The notes under the pieces: model-generated
Databases searched by the model: none
Told to the model about the DNA's origin: nothing
The model's input: the letters and a program-made list of their open reading frames with translations, nothing else
Shown here: one piece after another, positions 1-7,416 of the stretch
Layout: each line of letters starts with the position of its first letter
How positions within the stretch are numbered: the stretch's first letter is position 1
Source: Promethearchaeia archaeon
GTDB taxonomy: Archaea; Asgardarchaeota; Lokiarchaeia; Sigyniarchaeales; SOKP01
Length of the DNA stretch: 15,541 bases
Direction of reading: 5' to 3'
Assembly: GCA_029856045.1 (NCBI GenBank)
Contig: JAHQWG010000052.1
Coordinates: forward strand, 1 to 15,541
Program-made: the position numbers and the translations under genes

Positions 1-188
1 CTTGTTTTAGCCATTAAATAAAATATTGAAATATGAAATTTATATTTTTTAAAATTGAAAAATCGAATAAGGAATCTATTGCTAAAAATAATTTTTATTG
101 AGAAGCTTAAGAATTAAGTATAATATTATATGTACCAAAATTTAATTATAATTTAATTGAGAAATAATAATTTTTGAATGATGATTTT

Positions 189-1040
189 ATGCTAAAAGAA
201 AAATTGATTAAAAAACAGCCGTTTGAGGGAAATATTGTTATAATAACTGGAGGTTCTACTGGTCTAGGAAAAGATACTGCTAAATGTGTTGTTCAATTAG
301 GGGGAAGTGTTTGTATCATTGCGAGAAATGTAGAAAATTTAAAAAAAGCTGTTAATGAAATAGAAAGTTTAAAAGTCAAAGATGACCAATTTGTTGAGAT
401 GATTTCTTGTGATACAACTAAAATGGAACAACTAAAACCTCTTTTAACGGAATTTATAGAAAAACATGGGACTCCAGATTATTTAATCAATAGTGTTGGC
501 TATGCATATGCACAATATATCGAAAACCTTACACTTGAAGATTTTAAAAGAAATATGAGTGTTAATTATTATGGTCAATTAATACCAATACTAATAATAT
601 TACCATATTTTATGAAAGCTAAGAAAGGTTATATCGCAAATGTCTCTTCTATGTCAGGTTATATTGGAACAATGGGTTTTGCTACCTATGTACCTTCTAA
701 ATTCGCAGTTGTAGGATTATCTGAAGTATTACGTCAAGAATTAAAACCTTATAATATAAATTGCTCTATTCTTTACCCTCCTGCTATGGATACTCCTGGT
801 TTTAAAAAAGAAAATGAAACTAAACCAAAAGAATGTTTCATTATTGAGGAGAGAGGCAAATTATTACAGCCTGAAGTAGTAGCAGAAGTATTTATTGAAG
901 GAATTTTGAAAAAAAAATTTCAAATTTTTCCTGGCGAAGCAAAATTTATCTGGAGAATGTATAGACTTCTTCCTAGATACGTTCGCTATTTAGCTGACAA
1001 GATGTATTTTAATGCACGAAAAGAATTAGGTAAAGAATAG
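189..1040 (+). CDS. Short-chain dehydrogenase/reductase, 3-ketodihydrosphingosine reductase (KDSR)-like subfamily
   Basis: TGGSTGLG Rossmann motif, catalytic Ser region (NVSS) and YVPSK (YxxxK). The segment YPPAMDTPGFKKENETKP resembles the KDSR-type PPDTDTPGF.EEN.TKP loop. The track starts at TTG 174; the in-frame ATG at 189 is the more plausible start. Confidence 0.85.
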   Translation: MLKEKLIKKQPFEGNIVIITGGSTGLGKDTAKCVVQLGGSVCIIARNVENLKKAVNEIESLKVKDDQFVEMISCDTTKMEQLKPLLTEFIEKHGTPDYLINSVGYAYAQYIENLTLEDFKRNMSVNYYGQLIPILIILPYFMKAKKGYIANVSSMSGYIGTMGFATYVPSKFAVVGLSEVLRQELKPYNINCSILYPPAMDTPGFKKENETKPKECFIIEERGKLLQPEVVAEVFIEGILKKKFQIFPGEAKFIWRMYRLLPRYVRYLADKMYFNARKELGKE

Positions 1041-1195
1041 ACTATATAAATGATTTTTTAATTTATTTTTTTATAATTATTCATTTAATACCTTGCTGAT
1101 ATAAAAAATTGAATGAACAATTAATAGGTATTATTGATCTTGAAATCATTTACCTAATAAGATAAAAAAAATAAAAAATAAAAAAAAAGTAGTTA

Positions 1196-2869
1196 TTATT
1201 TTTTGTGTGAAACTATAATTTCAGTTCCGAATAATATCTTTTTTGCTGTTTCAAAAGCAAAGTTATAGTCGAACACCTTCTTTCCCTTGGTATTAGTTGC
1301 ATCCTTAAAAACCTGGCTTTCGACTTTATATTTTAAACGCCCAATATCCAGAGCACCGATCCCATAAATACCCGGATAAATCTCATCGTCATTAGAATTT
1401 GGTTTTAATCCTTCAATCCCATATGGTGGAACTAAATTAATATCGAGAACAATCTTGTTTGGCGGGAGTTTTTCCATTAATTCTTTTGATATCATTTGAA
1501 TTCCGGCTTTTGCAACTGACCAAATTATATCGGCATCTTTTACTATTTCAAATTTCTCCTCATCAGTGGATGCCGCTACTCCAATTATTTCAGAAGCATC
1601 TTTACCAGCCTTTTCCGTTAATTTCTTTGCAAGTTCTTTTACAGCCTTTTCCCGACGAGAAATTATTATGGGTGTAGCGTGAAATTTAGCCGCGAGTATC
1701 GCTCCAATTTGCCCTACTGGTCCAGTACCCCCTAAAATGACTATTTTCTTTCCTGTAAAATCTGTTATTCCATGTTTTCTTGCAATTTCTATGGTTTTAG
1801 CAACAACTGCAGAAGCTGTAGTATGAGCTCCACGGGGATCTATAATTACAGGCGCCTCAAAAGGTGGAACAAGCGCATTTTGTATCTCTTCTGCAACTCT
1901 CTCTCCTTCATCAACATTTGATCCACCAACAAAATAAACGGTTGGAGCATTTGGTTTTCGTGAAAACATAGCATCTTGGACCAACTTTGCGACTCTATCA
2001 GATGTAATTTTGCAAAATGGAATAACAACATTAAATCCTGCATCATAGGCCATATTTATATCAAAAGGTGAAGCATATTCATCAGTATCAAAAAAATACA
2101 AAATACTCTCCGCTTTCTCTTTTTTCTTTACCTTTATTGGAATTATTTCAAGAACAGAGGTATTTATTAGTTCTTTTACTGAAGAAATATCATCCAAAGA
2201 TTCTTTAGCAACTTTTTTGATATTAATTTGTTCAATTTCAAGTCCTAAGTCATCTGCAAGATTTGTAATGCCTTCAAAATGTCTTTTATCACTTATAAAC
2301 AGTGCCTTTAAATGTTTTTTTTCGACTTTTTTCGCCAATTCAAAAATCCCCATCATCATCCAAGATTCGCGGATTTTATATCTTATCTCATTTTCCTGCT
2401 TATTATATTCATCAGATAAATGTTCTCTCCACATTACTAACTGTTGATAATGAGGATCATTCGGATGAATTCCGCCTTTTTCTTTTAATTGTTGAATTTC
2501 TGTATTTAATTTTTGAATAAGATCTTTACTACCATTCAATCCCGAAGAAATATAATTTAGAGCATTCTCGGGGATGCCTATCATTTTGTAGGGAATCTCA
2601 TTCTTTCTGAATAAATCTACGAATTCATCTTCATAAAGCAGTCTATCATTTGACCTCATCCCTTTATCCTCTACTACGAAGTCAGGGCTATATTTATTTA
2701 CTAAATTTTCAACAAATTCCATATATTCCTTAGAAACAAAAAATAAATTTGCAGCAATGGCTTCTTCCCCTGTCGGCTCTTCTAACGACCAATCTATCGG
2801 AAATTCACTCTCAACTAATACTAACTTAAGAGTCTTATTTTTTAAAGGTTTTAATTCTAAAGATTGCAT
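1196..2869 (-). CDS. mtdB: Fusion of an N-terminal TraB/Tiki-like domain (~230 aa) and an NAD(P)-dependent methylene-H4MPT dehydrogenase (MtdB/MtdA family); NADP-type fingerprint
   Basis: C-terminal half has DTDEYASPFDINMAYDAG, LVQDAMFSR, DPRGAHTTASA, GGTGPVG and DINLVPPYGIEG, all typical of MtdB/MtdA. GAGGT SD lies upstream of the ATG. Confidence 0.8.
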   Translation of the reverse strand: MQSLELKPLKNKTLKLVLVESEFPIDWSLEEPTGEEAIAANLFFVSKEYMEFVENLVNKYSPDFVVEDKGMRSNDRLLYEDEFVDLFRKNEIPYKMIGIPENALNYISSGLNGSKDLIQKLNTEIQQLKEKGGIHPNDPHYQQLVMWREHLSDEYNKQENEIRYKIRESWMMMGIFELAKKVEKKHLKALFISDKRHFEGITNLADDLGLEIEQINIKKVAKESLDDISSVKELINTSVLEIIPIKVKKKEKAESILYFFDTDEYASPFDINMAYDAGFNVVIPFCKITSDRVAKLVQDAMFSRKPNAPTVYFVGGSNVDEGERVAEEIQNALVPPFEAPVIIDPRGAHTTASAVVAKTIEIARKHGITDFTGKKIVILGGTGPVGQIGAILAAKFHATPIIISRREKAVKELAKKLTEKAGKDASEIIGVAASTDEEKFEIVKDADIIWSVAKAGIQMISKELMEKLPPNKIVLDINLVPPYGIEGLKPNSNDDEIYPGIYGIGALDIGRLKYKVESQVFKDATNTKGKKVFDYNFAFETAKKILFGTEIIVSHKK

Positions 2870-2891
2870 TTTTTAATTTACCTCATATTTT

Positions 2892-3590
2892 TTATTCAAT
2901 TTGTGTTGCGTGTTGTCCTATTTTTTTGAAAACTCTATTAACATTAATTTTTTCAACTTTTATTTCTAAATCATCTGCTAGAGATTTAATTCCATCAGAA
3001 TGTTCCTTATCACAGATAAATATTGCTTTTAGATTTTTCTTCTCAATCTTCCTTGCTAAATCAAGAATCCCCATCATCATCCAAGATTCTCGGACTTCAT
3101 ATCTTATCTCATCTTTTTGTCTGGAATATTCATCTTGTAAATGATCCCTCCACGCAATTAATTGCTGAAGGTTAAAATCGTTAGGATGGACACCACCCTT
3201 CTCTTTTAAATTCTCAATTTCTACTTTAATTTCTCTTAATAGACCTACATCTCTATCTATTGTCGAAGCAAGATAACCCAGAGCATTCTCGGAAATATCT
3301 ACCATTTTATATTGAATGTTAAATTTCCTGAATAAATCTACTAAAGCATCTTCATATTGTAAATCATCGCCTGAGCGCATTCCTTTCTCTTCCACTATAA
3401 AATCAGGCTTGTGATCTTTTACCAGATCTTCAATAAATTGCAAATATTCTTTAGACATAAGAAATAAATCCGCAGTAGTCATTTTTTTATCTGATGATAA
3501 TTCCATCGACCAATCTATCGGAAATTCACTCTCTACCAATAACAATTTAAGAGTTTTATTTTTTAAAGGTTCTAATTCTAATGTTTGCAT
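2892..3590 (-). CDS. Stand-alone paralogue of the N-terminal domain of the Mtd fusions (TraB/Tiki-like, unknown function)
   Basis: Colinear with aa 1-220 of 1196..2869 (ESEFPIDW, PDFIVEEKGMRS, KEKGGVHPND, RESWMMMGILD, ICDKEH). AGGAGGT SD upstream. Confidence 0.85.
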   Translation of the reverse strand: MQTLELEPLKNKTLKLLLVESEFPIDWSMELSSDKKMTTADLFLMSKEYLQFIEDLVKDHKPDFIVEEKGMRSGDDLQYEDALVDLFRKFNIQYKMVDISENALGYLASTIDRDVGLLREIKVEIENLKEKGGVHPNDFNLQQLIAWRDHLQDEYSRQKDEIRYEVRESWMMMGILDLARKIEKKNLKAIFICDKEHSDGIKSLADDLEIKVEKINVNRVFKKIGQHATQIE

Positions 3591-3608
3591 TTCTTTTTTA
3601 CCTCCTGT

Positions 3609-4238
3609 TTAAGTTAAAATTAAAATTGATTTTTTTTTCATAATTTTGTTAGTCTCAAAATTAATAACCTTGATACTTTGAGCTTCAAATAACTTTTTCA
3701 ATTCAGAAAACAATTCTTTATGGGTAAAATGGATAAAATTAATCTCATCTTCATTGATCATCTCAATTATATCTAATACTTTTTTTATGATCCATAAAGG
3801 CCTTAGTTTTAAGTCTAAATAATCTTCTTTGTCTTTTACTTCACTTTTTAAGAGATGTATCCATGAGAACAGGTTTTGAGCCTTTAATGACTCTTTTTCA
3901 GCAGGATTTAAACAGAGGTTTTCATATTCTCCTTGAAGTTCCTCAACTTGTTCTTTTTTATCTGATATCTCATTTAATAAATGGATTTTTGCGTAATCAG
4001 GGATATTAACATAATAATACGGCGTCTCAAAATTATCAAAAAACTGTGCTAAAGGAGTCTGATAAATCTTTTTTAATTCATCATCGCATAAATCAATCGT
4101 AGCAAAATTGAATTTTTTTCCTCTTAAGAGAATCAATAAATTATCATATTCTGCATCTGATAATTCTTTACTTTCCTTTTCTATTAGACATAAAGAAACT
4201 TTCTTTTCTTTTATCGGTTTTAATTCCAATACTTCCAT
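3609..4238 (-). CDS. Hypothetical protein, divergent member of the same domain family; first gene of operon 2
   Basis: Clear paralogue of 6260..6919 (FNFATIDL, IPDYAK, EISDKKEQ, AEKESLKAQNL, WIIKK). Same MxxLELxP start as the other family members. Confidence 0.8.
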   Translation of the reverse strand: MEVLELKPIKEKKVSLCLIEKESKELSDAEYDNLLILLRGKKFNFATIDLCDDELKKIYQTPLAQFFDNFETPYYYVNIPDYAKIHLLNEISDKKEQVEELQGEYENLCLNPAEKESLKAQNLFSWIHLLKSEVKDKEDYLDLKLRPLWIIKKVLDIIEMINEDEINFIHFTHKELFSELKKLFEAQSIKVINFETNKIMKKKSILILT

Positions 4239-4355
4239 TTTTTTTATCCCATTCCAAATTTTTAGGTATTTTTTTTTTCTTGAATTTTTTTATTACTATT
4301 TAATTGATTTAAATGCAATAATTTAATATATTTGATAAGAGGAATTTTGGACAAC

Positions 4356-4375
4356 TTGACTAATTAATTAGTCAA
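4356..4375. promoter_or_regulatory. Perfect 20-bp palindrome TTGACTAATTAATTAGTCAA, putative operator upstream of operon 2
   Basis: Exact inverted repeat in intergenic DNA about 120 bp upstream of ATG 4238. A counterpart lies at 7030-7049. Confidence 0.65.
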
Positions 4376-4382
4376 ATTGACC

Positions 4383-4512
4383 ATTTTTTTTATCATAAAT
4401 TAAAAGAATTTCTATTTTATAACTAGTTGTGAAAAAAATTTGACAAAAAAAGTTTGATAAAATTGACAATTGGAATAATCAAGAAAACAATTTTTTTTAT
4501 CATAAATTAAAA
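4383..4512. repeat. 23-bp exact direct repeat ATTTTTTTTATCATAAATTAAAA (4383-4405 and 4490-4512)
   Basis: Two identical copies read directly in the intergenic region between the two Mtd operons. Confidence 0.75.
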
Positions 4513-4562
4513 TATGCTTTTTAAGAATAAAATTAAAAAAAAAAAGTGAGTTTTGAATTTAT

Positions 4563-6245
4563 TTAGCGAGATATTACCATTTCTTTGCCAAATAATATTT
4601 CTTTTGCAATTTCAAAAGCAATATTATAATCGAATATTTTTTTTCCTTTAGTCTTAGTAGCTTTTTTAAGAATAGAACTTTCAGTTACAGATTTTAAATG
4701 GCCTATTCCTAATGCCCCGATTCCAAAAATTCCGGGATATATTTCTTCATTATCATATTTTGGTTTTATACCTTCAATACCATACGGTGGAACCAAATTA
4801 ATGTCTATAACGATTTTATTTTTTGGCAACTTACTCATTAATTCTATTGATAAAATTTGGATTCCTGCAGCTGCTAAAGACCAGATTATGTCAGCATCTT
4901 TGACTATTTTAAATTTTTGCTCATCCGTTATAGCGAATTCTCCAACTATTTCAGAAGCGCCTTCTCCTGCCTCTTCAGTTAATTCTTTTGCAAGTTTCTT
5001 AACGGCTTTTTCACTCCCTTTATCCCATGTCTCAACTAGAACTGTTTTACATTTTTGTTTTGCCGCAATTACTGCTGCAATTCGTCCAACTGGACCCGTG
5101 CCTAATACAACCGCTTTTTTTCCAGAGATATTATTTATCTTATGTTTCATTGCAACTTCTAGAGTTTTCGCGACTATTGCCGAAGCTGTAGTATGAGATC
5201 CTCGTGGATCTATAATTACAGGAACTTCGAAAGGTGGCACTAAGGACTTCACAACTGTTTTCGCAATTTTTTCACCTTCTCTTACATTTGCCCCACCAAT
5301 AAAAAAACTGGTCGGTGCTTTCGGTTTTCGTGAAAATATCGCATCCTGTACAAGTTTTGGCACTTGTTCAGCTTTTACATTGCTAATAGGAATGACTACA
5401 TCAAACCCTGCATCATATGCCATATTAATATCAAAGGGAGATGCATGCTCATCTGTATCTAAGAAATATACAATTTTTTCTAAAGAATTTTTATTCTTAA
5501 TTTTAACGGGAGCAACTTCCATAAGTGATACCTTTACGAATTCCTTTATCGTATTTGGTTTCTCTAAATCTCCAATATTTAAAATATTTTTCTTAACTTC
5601 AAATTTTTGAATTTCTACTCCAAGGTCATCTGCAAGGGTTGTAATCCCATTAAAATGCCTTTTATCACAAATAAATAGACATTTTAAGTTTTTCTCTTTC
5701 TGTTCTCTTGCCATATCAAGAATCCCCATCATCATCCAAGCTTCACGGATCTTATACCTTATTTCTTCCTCTTGATTTTCGTATTCCGCCTGTAAATATT
5801 CTCTCCACGTTAATAATTGCTGAAAATAGTGATCATTAGGATGAACCCCTCCTTTTTCTTTAATTTTTTCAATTTCTGCTTTAATCCCCTTTAAAAGTTC
5901 TACATTCTTGTTTATTGCTGAAACGAGATAACCAAGTGCGTTTTCTTCAATGTCTACCATTTTATAAGGTATTTTAAAATCTCTAAATAAATCTACAAAA
6001 GCATCATCATAATGTAATTTATCACTGGAACGCAATCCTTGTTCTTCAACTGCAAAATTTGTTTTATATTTCCGTAACATATCTTCAATAAGCTTAAGAT
6101 AATCTTTTGACATAAAACTGAAATTTAAAGATTGTTCAAGCTGCTCTTTTGTTGGTTCCAACCACCAACCAATTGGAAACTCACTTTCCATTAATGTTAT
6201 TTCTAATTTCTGGTTTTTTAATGGCTTTAATTCAAGTACATTCAA
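4563..6245 (-). CDS. mtdB: Fusion of an N-terminal TraB/Tiki-like domain and an NAD(P)-dependent methylene-H4MPT dehydrogenase (MtdB/MtdA family); NAD-type fingerprint
   Basis: DTDEHASPFDINMAYDAG, LVQDAIFSR, DPRGSHTTASA, GTGPVG, DINLVPPYGIEG. Full-length paralogue of 1196..2869. TTG start lies 10 nt after GGAGG, the same spacing as the ATG at 3590. Confidence 0.8.
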   Translation of the reverse strand: MNVLELKPLKNQKLEITLMESEFPIGWWLEPTKEQLEQSLNFSFMSKDYLKLIEDMLRKYKTNFAVEEQGLRSSDKLHYDDAFVDLFRDFKIPYKMVDIEENALGYLVSAINKNVELLKGIKAEIEKIKEKGGVHPNDHYFQQLLTWREYLQAEYENQEEEIRYKIREAWMMMGILDMAREQKEKNLKCLFICDKRHFNGITTLADDLGVEIQKFEVKKNILNIGDLEKPNTIKEFVKVSLMEVAPVKIKNKNSLEKIVYFLDTDEHASPFDINMAYDAGFDVVIPISNVKAEQVPKLVQDAIFSRKPKAPTSFFIGGANVREGEKIAKTVVKSLVPPFEVPVIIDPRGSHTTASAIVAKTLEVAMKHKINNISGKKAVVLGTGPVGRIAAVIAAKQKCKTVLVETWDKGSEKAVKKLAKELTEEAGEGASEIVGEFAITDEQKFKIVKDADIIWSLAAAGIQILSIELMSKLPKNKIVIDINLVPPYGIEGIKPKYDNEEIYPGIFGIGALGIGHLKSVTESSILKKATKTKGKKIFDYNIAFEIAKEILFGKEMVISR

Positions 6246-6259
6246 TTCATTTTTACCTC

Positions 6260-6919
6260 CTATTTTATAAATTGATTTGAAGTTATTACATTATTTTTAA
6301 CACTGAAAGTTCGATCTGAGATTTCAGTGTTTAAATTATGAATAATAACACTTATTTTGAATTCCTGAAGCAATTTTTCTATTTCAGGAACTAATTCTTC
6401 AGGACTAAAATGCAAAATAATTAAGGAATTTGTTTTATTAGCTCTTGCGTTATCAAATATTTTCTTAACGATCCATTGAGGCTTAACTTTTAATTTTAAA
6501 TAATTTTCTTTATCATTAACCTCATCTTTTAATAAAACTATCCAAGAGTCTAAATTTTGAGCCTTAAATGAATCTTTTTCGGCAGAATTAGATAATAAAT
6601 TTTCATATTCCGCCTCTAATTCATTAATCTGTTCTTTTTTATCGGATATTTCTTCTGATAAATAACCCTTTGCATATTCAGGGATATCAACACCCCAAAA
6701 TTGGATTAATAAATCTTCCAAAAACTTTGCTAAGGGTGATTTATTTAATTCTTTTAAATTTTTACCCATTAAATCTATAGTGGTAAAATTAAATTCACAA
6801 TTTTGTAAAAAATCCCCTAAATTTCTTGCTTCTACTTTTGATAATTTATGATTTTCTTTATTAATTATATATACAATAATCTTCTTATTTTCAGGTTTTT
6901 CAATTTCTAAAACTTCCAT
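6260..6919 (-). CDS. Hypothetical protein, divergent member of the TraB/Tiki-like family; first gene of operon 1
   Basis: Paralogue of 3609..4238. ATG at 6919 (MEVLEI) matches the paralogue's start (MEVLEL) better than the track's 6928. Its TAG stop overlaps the GGAGG SD of the next gene. Confidence 0.8.
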   Translation of the reverse strand: MEVLEIEKPENKKIIVYIINKENHKLSKVEARNLGDFLQNCEFNFTTIDLMGKNLKELNKSPLAKFLEDLLIQFWGVDIPEYAKGYLSEEISDKKEQINELEAEYENLLSNSAEKDSFKAQNLDSWIVLLKDEVNDKENYLKLKVKPQWIVKKIFDNARANKTNSLIILHFSPEELVPEIEKLLQEFKISVIIHNLNTEISDRTFSVKNNVITSNQFIK

Positions 6920-7026
6920 TTTAATCAAAAATCTTTATTTTTAATTTTTTTTTTTTAATTTATTCTTTTCTCGAGTAATAAACCTTATTTTATAATAAAA
7001 ATAATTTGATAAAAGAAATTTTATAT

Positions 7027-7052
7027 ATTTTAACAATAATTGTTGTTAAAAT
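7027..7052. promoter_or_regulatory. Near-perfect 26-bp palindrome with core TTAAC-N10-GTTAA (7030-7049), putative operator in the divergent intergenic region
   Basis: ATTTTAACAATAATTGTTGTTAAAAT has one mismatched pair. Same geometry as 4356-4375. Confidence 0.6.
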
Positions 7053-7416
7053 TGGGAGAAGTGAAAGAAATTAGTCATCGATGATTTATCAAATAATCAT
7101 TATTTAAAACAGTTTACTAAAAAAAATTGAATACGTCTTTTTTCCCTTCATTCTATGTAATCTTAAAGAAAAAATCTCGTTTTTTAAATAACTTGAATTA
7201 TCTTTTTTTTTTTTTAATTAATTTTATTTTCAGTTTAAAAAATTGGTATTATTTCTTTTTGAAGATTTTTGATCAGTAAGATTTTTATTTTTGATAATTT
7301 TATTTATCATAGTAGAAATGATAATTATTTTTTTTAATTATAATAATATTCAATTTTCGACAAAGAAATATAATTTCAAAATAATGTTTTATAAAATTTA
7401 TTAAAAGGAGATTGAA

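Noticed and set aside
1041-1195. A/T homopolymer tracts here and at about 6945 and 7204 as ncRNA or structured elements
   Set aside because: They are low-complexity sequence, adequately explained as terminator-like tracts or background composition.
2892-3590. Frameshifted pseudogene of a third Mtd fusion
   Set aside because: No Mtd remnant follows the stop; the next gene begins 22 bp later with its own SD.
1459-5610. Short overlapping ORFs in the track (1459-1677, 1846-2046, 2217-2447, 2302-2520, 2926-3144, 4108-4326, 4801-5196, 5380-5610)
   Set aside because: They are antisense or alternate-frame shadows of well-supported genes. The similarity between 2217-2447 and 2926-3144 simply mirrors the paralogy of the real genes.
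2345-5740. Recurring 20-27 bp exact repeats as a possible CRISPR array or mobile-element ends
   Set aside because: Spacing is irregular and long, and the repeats fall in paralogous coding motifs (WMMMGI, ESEFPIDWS). No cas or transposase genes are present.
7075-7100. Small inverted repeats TCATCGATGA and ATGATT-N8-AATCAT
   Set aside because: They are short, have no second copy and are plausible by chance in AT-rich DNA.
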